A DNA stretch of 58,214 bases from NCBI GenBank assembly GCA_038319115.1, contig JBBQCV010000001.1:1-58214 (forward strand). The letters run 5' to 3'. Each line of letters starts with the position of its first letter. Position 1 is the first letter of the stretch. The stretch is from Burkholderiales bacterium (lineage in GTDB: Bacteria > Pseudomonadota > Gammaproteobacteria > Burkholderiales > SG8-39). Of this stretch, positions 26,711-35,639 are shown one piece after another. Made by a program: the position numbers and the translations under genes. The notes beneath the pieces were generated by a model. That model was not told where the DNA came from. It ran no database searches and saw only the letters and a program-made list of their open reading frames with translations.

Positions 26711-28372
26711 CTAGACGATCAGCGGCTTGTAGCGGAGGCGCTTCGGGCGCGCGCCTTCTTCGCCCAGCCGCTTTCTCTTGTCGGCTTCGTATTCCTGGTA
26801 GTTTCCGTCGAAGAACACCGCCTGCGACTCGCCCTCGAAGGCGAGGATGTGGGTGGCGATGCGATCGAGGAACCAGCGGTCGTGCGAGATCACCATCACG
26901 CTGCCGGCGAACCCGAGCAAGGCTTCCTCCAGCGCCCGCAGCGTCTCGACGTCGATGTCGTTGGAGGGTTCGTCCAGCAGCAGCACGTTGGCACCCGACA
27001 TCAGGGTCTTGGCCAGGTGCAGCCGGCCGCGCTCGCCGCCCGAGAGCTGGCCGACGACCTTCTGCTGGTCGCCGCCCTTGAAGTTGAAGCGCCCGAGGTA
27101 GGCGCGCGAGGGCATGGTGAACTTGCCCACCGTGATCATGTCCTGCCCGTCGGCGATCTCCTCGAACACGGTCTTGTCGGCCGAGAGCTCGTCGCGCGAC
27201 TGGTCCACGTAGGCGAGCTGCACGGTCTTGCCGATCTTCACTTCACCCGAATCCGGCTTCTCCTTGCCGGTGATCATGCGGAACAGAGTCGACTTGCCCG
27301 CGCCATTGGGGCCGATCACGCCGACGATCGCGCCCGGCGGCACCTTGAACGAGAGCTTGTCGAGTAGCAGGCGGTCGCCGTAACCCTTGCTGACCTCGAC
27401 GAACTCGATGACCTCGTTGCCCAGGCGCTCGGCCACCGGAATGAAGATCTCCGAGGTCTCGTTCCTTTGCTGGCTCTCGAAAGAGGAGAGTTCATCGAAG
27501 CGCGCAAGGCGCGCCTTGGACTTTGCCTGCCGGCCCTTCGGGTTCTGGCGCACCCATTCGAGCTCAGCCTTCATGGCGCGCATGTGCGCGTCTTCCTGCT
27601 TGGACTCGGTCGCCAGGCGCTTTCCCTTCTGCTCCAGCCACGAGGAATAGTTGCCTTCCCACGGAATGCCCTTGCCGCGGTCCAGTTCCAGGATCCAGCT
27701 CGCCGCGTTGTCGAGGAAGTAGCGGTCGTGGGTGACGGCCACCACCGTGCCCGGGAACCTCTGCAGGAACTGCTCCAGCCAGTCGACGCTCTCGGCATCG
27801 AGGTGGTTGGTCGGCTCATCGAGCAGCAGCATGTCGGGCTTGGACAGCAGGAGGCGGCACAGCGCCACGCGGCGCTTCTCGCCGCCGGAAAGCTTCTCGG
27901 TCTTGGCCTCCCAGGGCGGCAGGCGCAGCGCGTCGGCGGCGATCTCGAGCTGGTGGTCGTCCCCGCCGCCGGTGTTGAGCATGGCCTCGAGGGTGGCCTG
28001 CTCCTCGGCGAGCTTGTCGAAATCGGCATCGGGCTCGGAATAAGCCGCATAGACCTCGTCGAGGCGCTTTTTCGCCGCGGCGGTGTCGCCCATGCCTTCC
28101 TCGACGATTTCGCGCACGGTCTTGGCCGGGTCGAGCTGCGGCTCCTGCGGCAGGTAGCCGATGCGCATGTTGGGCATCGGCGTGGCCTCGCCGTCGAAGT
28201 TGGTGTCTTCGCCGGCCATGATCTTGAGCACCGTGGACTTGCCCGAGCCGTTCAGGCCGAGCACGCCGATCTTGGCGCCGGGGAAGAACGCGAGGTTGAT
28301 GTTCTTGAGGATCTGGCGTTGCGGCGGCACCGTCTTGGAGAGCCGCTTCATCGAGAATACGTACTGCGCCAT
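26711..28372 (-). CDS. ettA: Energy-dependent translational throttle protein EttA (ABC-F ATPase)
   Basis: 553 aa. MAQYVFSMKRLSKTVPP.. N-terminus, two Walker A motifs (GLNGSGKST, GPNGAGKST), two signature motifs (LSGGEKRR, LSGGERGR). Length and layout are typical of EttA/YjjK. Confidence 0.95.
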   Translation of the reverse strand: MAQYVFSMKRLSKTVPPQRQILKNINLAFFPGAKIGVLGLNGSGKSTVLKIMAGEDTNFDGEATPMPNMRIGYLPQEPQLDPAKTVREIVEEGMGDTAAAKKRLDEVYAAYSEPDADFDKLAEEQATLEAMLNTGGGDDHQLEIAADALRLPPWEAKTEKLSGGEKRRVALCRLLLSKPDMLLLDEPTNHLDAESVDWLEQFLQRFPGTVVAVTHDRYFLDNAASWILELDRGKGIPWEGNYSSWLEQKGKRLATESKQEDAHMRAMKAELEWVRQNPKGRQAKSKARLARFDELSSFESQQRNETSEIFIPVAERLGNEVIEFVEVSKGYGDRLLLDKLSFKVPPGAIVGVIGPNGAGKSTLFRMITGKEKPDSGEVKIGKTVQLAYVDQSRDELSADKTVFEEIADGQDMITVGKFTMPSRAYLGRFNFKGGDQQKVVGQLSGGERGRLHLAKTLMSGANVLLLDEPSNDIDVETLRALEEALLGFAGSVMVISHDRWFLDRIATHILAFEGESQAVFFDGNYQEYEADKRKRLGEEGARPKRLRYKPLIV

Positions 28373-28550
28373 GGCAATTCCTGCTGGGGTAAACCCCGAT
28401 TATCTCAGGTTGGCGCGGCGGGCCGGGGCCGCGGCACGCACGCAACGCTCGTACTAGAATAGCCACGCGAAGGACTCTCACGGTGAGCCACATCGTGAGC
28501 CGCACGATGCGACGCGCGAATGCGGCCAACCATCCCCACCTGGAGACGCC

Positions 28551-28991
28551 ATGAAAACCACCCTGTCCAAACTGATGGCCGGCATTGCCCTGGCCGGTAT
28601 CCTTGCTGCAGCGCCCCTTCCCGCCCTGGCGCAACAGGCCGCGGCCGGCAAGCAACGCGTGGTGATCCAGGTCAGCGACGCCGATCCGGGCAAGTGGCGG
28701 CTCGCGCTCAACAATGCGCGTAATGTCCAGCAAGACCTCGGCGCGCAGAACGTCGACATCGAGATCGTCGCCTACGGCCCCGGCATCGGCATGCTCAAGA
28801 GCGAATCGGCCGCCGAACCCGGCGTCGTGCAGGCCATGACCGACGGGGTCAAGGTGGTCGCGTGCGAGAACACCATGCACAACCTCAAGCTCAAGCGCGA
28901 GGACATGCAGGGCGGCATCGGCTACGTCAAGGCCGGCGTGGTGGAGATCATGCAAAAGCAGCGCGCCGGCTGGTCGTATATCCGGCCTTAG
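28551..28991 (+). CDS. Secreted DsrE/DsrF-like family protein
   Basis: 146 aa. Signal peptide ending ALAQQ, RVVIQVSDADP, VACENTMHNL (conserved Cys context). It is the last gene before the palindrome axis. Confidence 0.65.
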   Translation: MKTTLSKLMAGIALAGILAAAPLPALAQQAAAGKQRVVIQVSDADPGKWRLALNNARNVQQDLGAQNVDIEIVAYGPGIGMLKSESAAEPGVVQAMTDGVKVVACENTMHNLKLKREDMQGGIGYVKAGVVEIMQKQRAGWSYIRP

Positions 28992-29223
28992 GGGCCGGGG
29001 GCGGCGGCGCCGGCCCATGCGTTTATCCGTGATCTGGTATTGCAACTCGCTTGGAACCAGCCTCCCGGGCTGATCTAGCTAAATGTAAGTCCGACAATCA
29101 CCGTGCCGGCACGGTGATTGTCGGACTTACATTTAGCTAGATCAGCCCGGGAGGCTGGTTCCAAGCGAGTTGCAATACCAGATCACGGATAAACGCATGG
29201 GCCGGCGCCGCCGCCCCCGGCCC

Positions 29224-29664
29224 CTAAGGCCGGATATACGACCAGCCGGCGCGCTGCTTTTGCATGATCTCCACCACGCCGGCCTTGACGTAGCCGATGC
29301 CGCCCTGCATGTCCTCGCGCTTGAGCTTGAGGTTGTGCATGGTGTTCTCGCACGCGACCACCTTGACCCCGTCGGTCATGGCCTGCACGACGCCGGGTTC
29401 GGCGGCCGATTCGCTCTTGAGCATGCCGATGCCGGGGCCGTAGGCGACGATCTCGATGTCGACGTTCTGCGCGCCGAGGTCTTGCTGGACATTACGCGCA
29501 TTGTTGAGCGCGAGCCGCCACTTGCCCGGATCGGCGTCGCTGACCTGGATCACCACGCGTTGCTTGCCGGCCGCGGCCTGTTGCGCCAGGGCGGGAAGGG
29601 GCGCTGCAGCAAGGATACCGGCCAGGGCAATGCCGGCCATCAGTTTGGACAGGGTGGTTTTCAT
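29224..29664 (-). CDS. Secreted DsrE/DsrF-like family protein (mirror copy)
   Basis: Mirror copy of 28551..28991 (58215-x); identical translation. May not be a separate locus; see the palindrome caveat. Confidence 0.65.
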   Translation of the reverse strand: MKTTLSKLMAGIALAGILAAAPLPALAQQAAAGKQRVVIQVSDADPGKWRLALNNARNVQQDLGAQNVDIEIVAYGPGIGMLKSESAAEPGVVQAMTDGVKVVACENTMHNLKLKREDMQGGIGYVKAGVVEIMQKQRAGWSYIRP

Positions 29665-29842
29665 GGCGTCTCCAGGTGGGGATGGTTGGCCGCATTCGCG
29701 CGTCGCATCGTGCGGCTCACGATGTGGCTCACCGTGAGAGTCCTTCGCGTGGCTATTCTAGTACGAGCGTTGCGTGCGTGCCGCGGCCCCGGCCCGCCGC
29801 GCCAACCTGAGATAATCGGGGTTTACCCCAGCAGGAATTGCC

Positions 29843-31504
29843 ATGGCGCAGTACGTATTCTCGATGAAGCGGCTCTCCAAGACGGTGCCGCCGCAACGCC
29901 AGATCCTCAAGAACATCAACCTCGCGTTCTTCCCCGGCGCCAAGATCGGCGTGCTCGGCCTGAACGGCTCGGGCAAGTCCACGGTGCTCAAGATCATGGC
30001 CGGCGAAGACACCAACTTCGACGGCGAGGCCACGCCGATGCCCAACATGCGCATCGGCTACCTGCCGCAGGAGCCGCAGCTCGACCCGGCCAAGACCGTG
30101 CGCGAAATCGTCGAGGAAGGCATGGGCGACACCGCCGCGGCGAAAAAGCGCCTCGACGAGGTCTATGCGGCTTATTCCGAGCCCGATGCCGATTTCGACA
30201 AGCTCGCCGAGGAGCAGGCCACCCTCGAGGCCATGCTCAACACCGGCGGCGGGGACGACCACCAGCTCGAGATCGCCGCCGACGCGCTGCGCCTGCCGCC
30301 CTGGGAGGCCAAGACCGAGAAGCTTTCCGGCGGCGAGAAGCGCCGCGTGGCGCTGTGCCGCCTCCTGCTGTCCAAGCCCGACATGCTGCTGCTCGATGAG
30401 CCGACCAACCACCTCGATGCCGAGAGCGTCGACTGGCTGGAGCAGTTCCTGCAGAGGTTCCCGGGCACGGTGGTGGCCGTCACCCACGACCGCTACTTCC
30501 TCGACAACGCGGCGAGCTGGATCCTGGAACTGGACCGCGGCAAGGGCATTCCGTGGGAAGGCAACTATTCCTCGTGGCTGGAGCAGAAGGGAAAGCGCCT
30601 GGCGACCGAGTCCAAGCAGGAAGACGCGCACATGCGCGCCATGAAGGCTGAGCTCGAATGGGTGCGCCAGAACCCGAAGGGCCGGCAGGCAAAGTCCAAG
30701 GCGCGCCTTGCGCGCTTCGATGAACTCTCCTCTTTCGAGAGCCAGCAAAGGAACGAGACCTCGGAGATCTTCATTCCGGTGGCCGAGCGCCTGGGCAACG
30801 AGGTCATCGAGTTCGTCGAGGTCAGCAAGGGTTACGGCGACCGCCTGCTACTCGACAAGCTCTCGTTCAAGGTGCCGCCGGGCGCGATCGTCGGCGTGAT
30901 CGGCCCCAATGGCGCGGGCAAGTCGACTCTGTTCCGCATGATCACCGGCAAGGAGAAGCCGGATTCGGGTGAAGTGAAGATCGGCAAGACCGTGCAGCTC
31001 GCCTACGTGGACCAGTCGCGCGACGAGCTCTCGGCCGACAAGACCGTGTTCGAGGAGATCGCCGACGGGCAGGACATGATCACGGTGGGCAAGTTCACCA
31101 TGCCCTCGCGCGCCTACCTCGGGCGCTTCAACTTCAAGGGCGGCGACCAGCAGAAGGTCGTCGGCCAGCTCTCGGGCGGCGAGCGCGGCCGGCTGCACCT
31201 GGCCAAGACCCTGATGTCGGGTGCCAACGTGCTGCTGCTGGACGAACCCTCCAACGACATCGACGTCGAGACGCTGCGGGCGCTGGAGGAAGCCTTGCTC
31301 GGGTTCGCCGGCAGCGTGATGGTGATCTCGCACGACCGCTGGTTCCTCGATCGCATCGCCACCCACATCCTCGCCTTCGAGGGCGAGTCGCAGGCGGTGT
31401 TCTTCGACGGAAACTACCAGGAATACGAAGCCGACAAGAGAAAGCGGCTGGGCGAAGAAGGCGCGCGCCCGAAGCGCCTCCGCTACAAGCCGCTGATCGT
31501 CTAG
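29843..31504 (+). CDS. ettA: EttA ABC-F ATPase (mirror copy)
   Basis: Mirror copy of 26711..28372; identical translation; palindrome caveat. Confidence 0.95.
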   Translation: MAQYVFSMKRLSKTVPPQRQILKNINLAFFPGAKIGVLGLNGSGKSTVLKIMAGEDTNFDGEATPMPNMRIGYLPQEPQLDPAKTVREIVEEGMGDTAAAKKRLDEVYAAYSEPDADFDKLAEEQATLEAMLNTGGGDDHQLEIAADALRLPPWEAKTEKLSGGEKRRVALCRLLLSKPDMLLLDEPTNHLDAESVDWLEQFLQRFPGTVVAVTHDRYFLDNAASWILELDRGKGIPWEGNYSSWLEQKGKRLATESKQEDAHMRAMKAELEWVRQNPKGRQAKSKARLARFDELSSFESQQRNETSEIFIPVAERLGNEVIEFVEVSKGYGDRLLLDKLSFKVPPGAIVGVIGPNGAGKSTLFRMITGKEKPDSGEVKIGKTVQLAYVDQSRDELSADKTVFEEIADGQDMITVGKFTMPSRAYLGRFNFKGGDQQKVVGQLSGGERGRLHLAKTLMSGANVLLLDEPSNDIDVETLRALEEALLGFAGSVMVISHDRWFLDRIATHILAFEGESQAVFFDGNYQEYEADKRKRLGEEGARPKRLRYKPLIV

Positions 31505-31523
31505 GCGCCGCTCGGCATCGCGG

Positions 31524-32489
31524 CTAGTTGGTTTCCAGCCGCGCTTCCCGGATGACGCGCGCCCAGCGCTCGATGTCTTCCCTGAGGAAGGCGCCGAGCT
31601 CGGCGGATGTGGAGGGCGCGCCATCCATGCCGCCATTGCGCAGCAGCCCGATCACGTCGGGTTGCTGGAGGGCGGAGACGAACGCGCCGTTGAGTTTCTG
31701 CACGATGGCCGGCGGCGTCCCGGCGGGCACGAAGAACCCGTACCAGTTGGCGGCCGAGTAGCCGGGCAAGCCGCTCTCGGCGATGGTGGGCACGTCGGGC
31801 AGCGAAGGTGCGCGTGCGGCGGTGGTCTGCGCGAGCAGGCGCAGCTTGCCGGCCTTCACGTGCTGCAGCACGGAGGGGTCGGAGAACATCATGTTGACCT
31901 GGCCCGCGAGGAGGTCGGTGATCGCGGGGCTCGTGCCCTTGTACGGGATATGGCGGATGTCGACGCCGGCCTGCAGCTTGAACAGTTCCCCCGCGAGGTG
32001 CAGCGCGGTGCCCTGCCCGCCGGAGGAGAAGTTGTACTTGCCGGGGCTGGCCTTCGCGAGCGCGATGAGTTCCTGCACGGTGTTGGCCGCGAAAGACGGG
32101 TGCACCACCAGCAGGGTGGGGATGCGCACGCCCATCGCCACGGGTGCGAGGTCGGTCAGGGGTTTGTAGGGCAGTTTCGAGTTGATGCTGGGGGCGACCG
32201 ACATGTTGCCCGGCGAGCCGACGATGATGGTGTAGCCATCGGGCGCGGACTTCGCAACGTAGTCCACGCCGATCGTGCCGGCAGCGCCGGATTTGTTCTC
32301 GACGATCACCGCCTGGCCGAGCGAACCCTGGATTTTCGGCGCGACGATGCGTGCTAGAGTATCTACGCCCCCACCCGGTGGGAAAGGGACGACCAGATGC
32401 AGCGTGCGCGCCGGATAGTCTTGCGCCGGGGCCATGGCGGGCGCGATCAGGCCCGCAAAGAGTGCAGCAAGAGCAATCCGACGGTTCAT
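31524..32489 (-). CDS. Bug-family substrate-binding protein (mirror copy)
   Basis: Mirror copy of 25726..26691; identical translation; palindrome caveat. Confidence 0.9.
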   Translation of the reverse strand: MNRRIALAALFAGLIAPAMAPAQDYPARTLHLVVPFPPGGGVDTLARIVAPKIQGSLGQAVIVENKSGAAGTIGVDYVAKSAPDGYTIIVGSPGNMSVAPSINSKLPYKPLTDLAPVAMGVRIPTLLVVHPSFAANTVQELIALAKASPGKYNFSSGGQGTALHLAGELFKLQAGVDIRHIPYKGTSPAITDLLAGQVNMMFSDPSVLQHVKAGKLRLLAQTTAARAPSLPDVPTIAESGLPGYSAANWYGFFVPAGTPPAIVQKLNGAFVSALQQPDVIGLLRNGGMDGAPSTSAELGAFLREDIERWARVIREARLETN

Positions 32490-32556
32490 GGTGTTTCCCC
32501 AAAAAGAGTATCCGAATCTAACCCACGACCCCGGCGCGGGCAACGACGCGATCGTT

Positions 32557-33558
32557 GTGGCGGGCGCGCCTGTCATCGCCGCATCGGTGCAGGTGCCTTC
32601 GCCCGGCGGGCCGGAGGCGCTCGAGGTCGTGCGCGTTCCGGTGCCGTTTCCCGGTCATGGGGAGGTGCGCATCCGGGTCCATGCCGCGGGAATCAACCGC
32701 GCCGACTGCAAGCAGCGCGCGGGCGACTACCCGATGCCGCCCGGCGCACCGGCGACACTAGGCCTCGAAATCTCCGGGGTGATCGAGGCCATCGGGCAAG
32801 GAACGACGCAATGGGCGGTGGGCGATCGCGTCTGCGCCCTCGTGGCCGGCGGCGGGTACGCCGAATACTGTATTGCGCCCGCAGGCCAGTGCCTGCCGGT
32901 GCCCGCCGGCATCGACCTCGTTGACGCCGCGGGCCTTCCCGAGGCGGCGTTCACGGTCTGGACCGCCCTGTTCGAGCATGGCGCCTTGCGCGCGGGCGAC
33001 ATCGCACTCATCCATGGCGGGGCCAGCGGGATCGGCACGATGGCGATCCAGATGGCGGTCGCGCTGGGCTCGCGTGCAATTGTCACCGCAGGTAGCGAGG
33101 CGCGTTGCGAACTGTGCAGGACGCTGGGCGCCGAACTCGCGATCAACTACCGCGAAGATGATTTCGTCGACGCGATACTGCGTCACACGCAAGGCCGCGG
33201 CGTGGACGCGGTGCTCGACATGGTGGGCGGCCCGTATGCCGGGCGCAATGCCAGGGCCATGGCGCCTTTCGGGCGCCTTGCCTACATCGCGGGCGACGCC
33301 GGGGCAGAGGCCACGTTCAACATCCGCGAGATCATGCTCAAGCGCCTCGTCGTAACCGGCTCGACCCTGCGCCACCGCAGCGTCGAGGACAAGACCCGCA
33401 TCGCCGCCATCCTGCGCCGCGTGGTGTGGCCGCTGCTCGAAAGCGGCCGAATCCGCCCCATCATCGACAAGGTGTTCGCCCTGGAGCGCGCGGGCGACGC
33501 GCACGCGCACATGGAAGCGGGCGGGGCCGCGGGCAAGATCCTGCTGAAGGTGGGCTGA
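32557..33558 (+). CDS. NAD(P)H:quinone oxidoreductase (mirror copy)
   Basis: Mirror copy of 24657..25658; GTG start at 32557 or 32587; palindrome caveat. Confidence 0.8.
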   Translation: MAGAPVIAASVQVPSPGGPEALEVVRVPVPFPGHGEVRIRVHAAGINRADCKQRAGDYPMPPGAPATLGLEISGVIEAIGQGTTQWAVGDRVCALVAGGGYAEYCIAPAGQCLPVPAGIDLVDAAGLPEAAFTVWTALFEHGALRAGDIALIHGGASGIGTMAIQMAVALGSRAIVTAGSEARCELCRTLGAELAINYREDDFVDAILRHTQGRGVDAVLDMVGGPYAGRNARAMAPFGRLAYIAGDAGAEATFNIREIMLKRLVVTGSTLRHRSVEDKTRIAAILRRVVWPLLESGRIRPIIDKVFALERAGDAHAHMEAGGAAGKILLKVG

Positions 33559-35636
33559 TGGGCGAGGGCAAGGTGCGCCTGGCCGTCGACATCGGCGGCA
33601 CGTTTACCGACGTTGTGCTCGAAGCCGGTGGCGTGCGCACCATCAGCAAGGTGCTGACCACCGCCTCGGAGCCCGAAGCCGGCTTCATCGAGGGCGTGCG
33701 CATGGCGATGGAGAAGGCTCACGTGCGGCCCGCGCAGGTGGGCCTCATCGTGCACGGCACCACCCTCGCGACCAACGCCCTCATCGAGAGGAAGGGAGCG
33801 AAGGTCGGGCTGCTATGCACCAGGGGCTTTCGCGATACGCTCGAAATGGCCTACGAGCACCGCTTCGAGCAGTCCGACGTTTTCATGCGCCGCCCCACGC
33901 CGCTGGTGCCGCGCTGGCTGCGCCTCGAAGTGACCGAGCGCCTTGCCGCCGACGGCAGCGTGCTGATCGCGATGCTCGACGACGACGTGCGCGTGGCCGC
34001 AGAAGCGTTCCGGCGCGAAGGGGTCGGGGCGGTGGCGGTCGGGCTCATGCACAGCTACGCCAACCCGGCGCACGAGCGCCGCATCCAGGCGTTGCTGCGC
34101 GACCTCATGCCGGGCGTGCCGGTGTCGCTCTCGAGCGAAGTCTGCCCCGAGATTCGCGAGTACGACCGCATCTCCACGACCGTTGCCAATGCCTATGTGC
34201 GCCCGCTCATGCGCGGTTACCTCGAGCGGGTCGAAGAGCGGCTTGAGGCGGGCGGGTTCGCCTGCCCGCTGCTCATGATGATGTCGAGCGGCACCGTGAC
34301 TACGGTGGAAATAGCACGGCGCTTCCCGATCCGCATGGTCGAGTCAGGACCCGCCGGCGGCGCGGTGCTCGCGGCGCAGGTGGCCGCGCTGTGCGGCCGG
34401 CCACAAGTGCTCTCCTTCGACATGGGCGGCACCACCGCCAAGCTGTGCTTCATCGATGCCTACACGCCGCAGATCTCGCGCTCCTTCGAGGTGGCGCGCG
34501 AATACCGTTTTTCCAAGGGGAGCGGCATCCCGGTCAAGATCCCGGTGATCGAAATGGTGGAAATCGGCGCCGGCGGCGGCTCGATCGGTCACCTGAATGC
34601 GCTGGGCGTGGTGGCCGTGGGACCCGAAAGCGCCGGCTCCGAGCCTGGCCCGGCGTGCTACGGCCGTGGTGGGCGCGCCCCTGCAGTGACCGACGCCGAT
34701 CTCGTCATGGGACGCATCGACGCCGATGCGTTCGCAGGCGGCCGCATCACGCTGGACCGCGCCGCCGCCGAGCGCGCGCTGCTGCAGGGCATAGGTGAGC
34801 AGCTGAAACTCGATGCGGTCGAGTCCGCTGCTGCGATCGGCGAGATCGTGGACGAAAACATGGCCAATGCCACGCGCATTCATGGCGCCGAGAGCGGCAA
34901 GGATGTCGCGGCGCGCACGATGATCGCTTTCGGCGGCGCGGCGCCCCTGCACGCGGCGCGGCTGGCCGAGAAGCTCGGGATCGACGAGGTCATCATTCCC
35001 AGCGGCGCCGGGGTCGGGTCGGCCATCGGCTTCCTGCGCGCCGGCATCGCCTACGAGCTGGTGCAGACACGCTACCTCGACCTGCGGCGCTACGAGCCCG
35101 GACCGATCAATGCGATGTTCGGCCAGATGCGCGAATACGCCGAAGCCATCGTGCGCCTCGCCGAGCCCAGTGCCGCCCTGGTCGAGCGGCGCACCGCTTT
35201 CATGCGCTACCGCGGGCAGGGCCACGAGATCGCCGTGGCGCTGCCGGTGAAGCAATTCGAGACGGGCGACGAAGCGCACATGGCGGCGCTTTTCCAACAG
35301 AAGTACGCAGAGCTCTTCGGGCGCACCATCCCGAACCTCACGCAGGAGGTGATCTCGTGGAGCCTGTCGCTCGGCACGCCGACCGAGCTGCCCGCAGCCG
35401 TGCCGGGGGCGCCCGCCGTCCCCTGCGCGGCCCCCTCCGGGAAGCGGAGCGTGTACGACTCGCGCGCCGGGGCGTTTTCCGACTACGCCGTGTTCGAGCG
35501 CGCGGCGCTTGCGCCGGGAATGGCGTTGAGCGGCCCGGCGGTGATCTGTGAGGATGAGACCACCACGGTCGTGCCGGCCGCGTTCGACGCGCGCATCGAC
35601 GCCAACGGGTTCATCCGCATGGCAAGGAGGCACTGA
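33558..35636 (+). CDS. HyuA-like hydantoinase/oxoprolinase (mirror copy)
   Basis: Mirror copy of 22579..24657; ATG at 33558; palindrome caveat. Confidence 0.9.
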   Translation: MGEGKVRLAVDIGGTFTDVVLEAGGVRTISKVLTTASEPEAGFIEGVRMAMEKAHVRPAQVGLIVHGTTLATNALIERKGAKVGLLCTRGFRDTLEMAYEHRFEQSDVFMRRPTPLVPRWLRLEVTERLAADGSVLIAMLDDDVRVAAEAFRREGVGAVAVGLMHSYANPAHERRIQALLRDLMPGVPVSLSSEVCPEIREYDRISTTVANAYVRPLMRGYLERVEERLEAGGFACPLLMMMSSGTVTTVEIARRFPIRMVESGPAGGAVLAAQVAALCGRPQVLSFDMGGTTAKLCFIDAYTPQISRSFEVAREYRFSKGSGIPVKIPVIEMVEIGAGGGSIGHLNALGVVAVGPESAGSEPGPACYGRGGRAPAVTDADLVMGRIDADAFAGGRITLDRAAAERALLQGIGEQLKLDAVESAAAIGEIVDENMANATRIHGAESGKDVAARTMIAFGGAAPLHAARLAEKLGIDEVIIPSGAGVGSAIGFLRAGIAYELVQTRYLDLRRYEPGPINAMFGQMREYAEAIVRLAEPSAALVERRTAFMRYRGQGHEIAVALPVKQFETGDEAHMAALFQQKYAELFGRTIPNLTQEVISWSLSLGTPTELPAAVPGAPAVPCAAPSGKRSVYDSRAGAFSDYAVFERAALAPGMALSGPAVICEDETTTVVPAAFDARIDANGFIRMARRH

Positions 35637-35639
35637 GCC

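Larger units (their letters stand above)
1..29107. repeat. Left arm of a window-spanning perfect inverted repeat (palindrome); position x pairs with 58215-x
   Basis: All ORF-track entries occur in pairs whose coordinates sum to 58215, with identical translations. Hand check: 1..64 is the reverse complement of 58151..58214; the axis 29101..29114 reads ccgtgcc|ggcacgg; intergenic 10081..10190 matches 48025..48134; G9 at 6712..6720 matches C9 at 51495..51503. Confidence 0.97.

Noticed and set aside
28992-29016. GC hairpin gggccgg-N11-ccggccc after the dsrE-like stop, considered as a rho-independent terminator
   Set aside because: It has a 7-bp stem with an 11-nt loop and no downstream T-run (followed by atgcgtttatcc), which is too weak to call. 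In any case the whole surrounding region is self-complementary because of the palindrome.
27816-29045. 409-aa minus-strand ORF (mirror 29170..30399) starting near the axis and running antisense through the dsrE-like gene into ettA
   Set aside because: It overlaps ettA out of frame and the DsrE-like gene in antisense. The product is extremely Arg-rich (MGRRRRPRPLRP...). Its position beside the axis is a by-product of the palindrome.
29084-29107. tgtaagtccgacaatcac... considered as a TG-initiated transposon end (loose resemblance to Tn7/Mu-type termini with TGT...GACAAT)
   Set aside because: The resemblance is a few bases with the wrong spacing. There is no transposase, no second end and no target-site duplication visible, so it cannot be supported from 24 nt.
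29040-29175. Sequencing adapter or vector sequence at the axis
   Set aside because: From memory I do not recognise SMRTbell hairpin, ONT adapter or Tn5 mosaic-end sequence here. This is not decisive and needs a database search, so I report it as a check rather than a claim.
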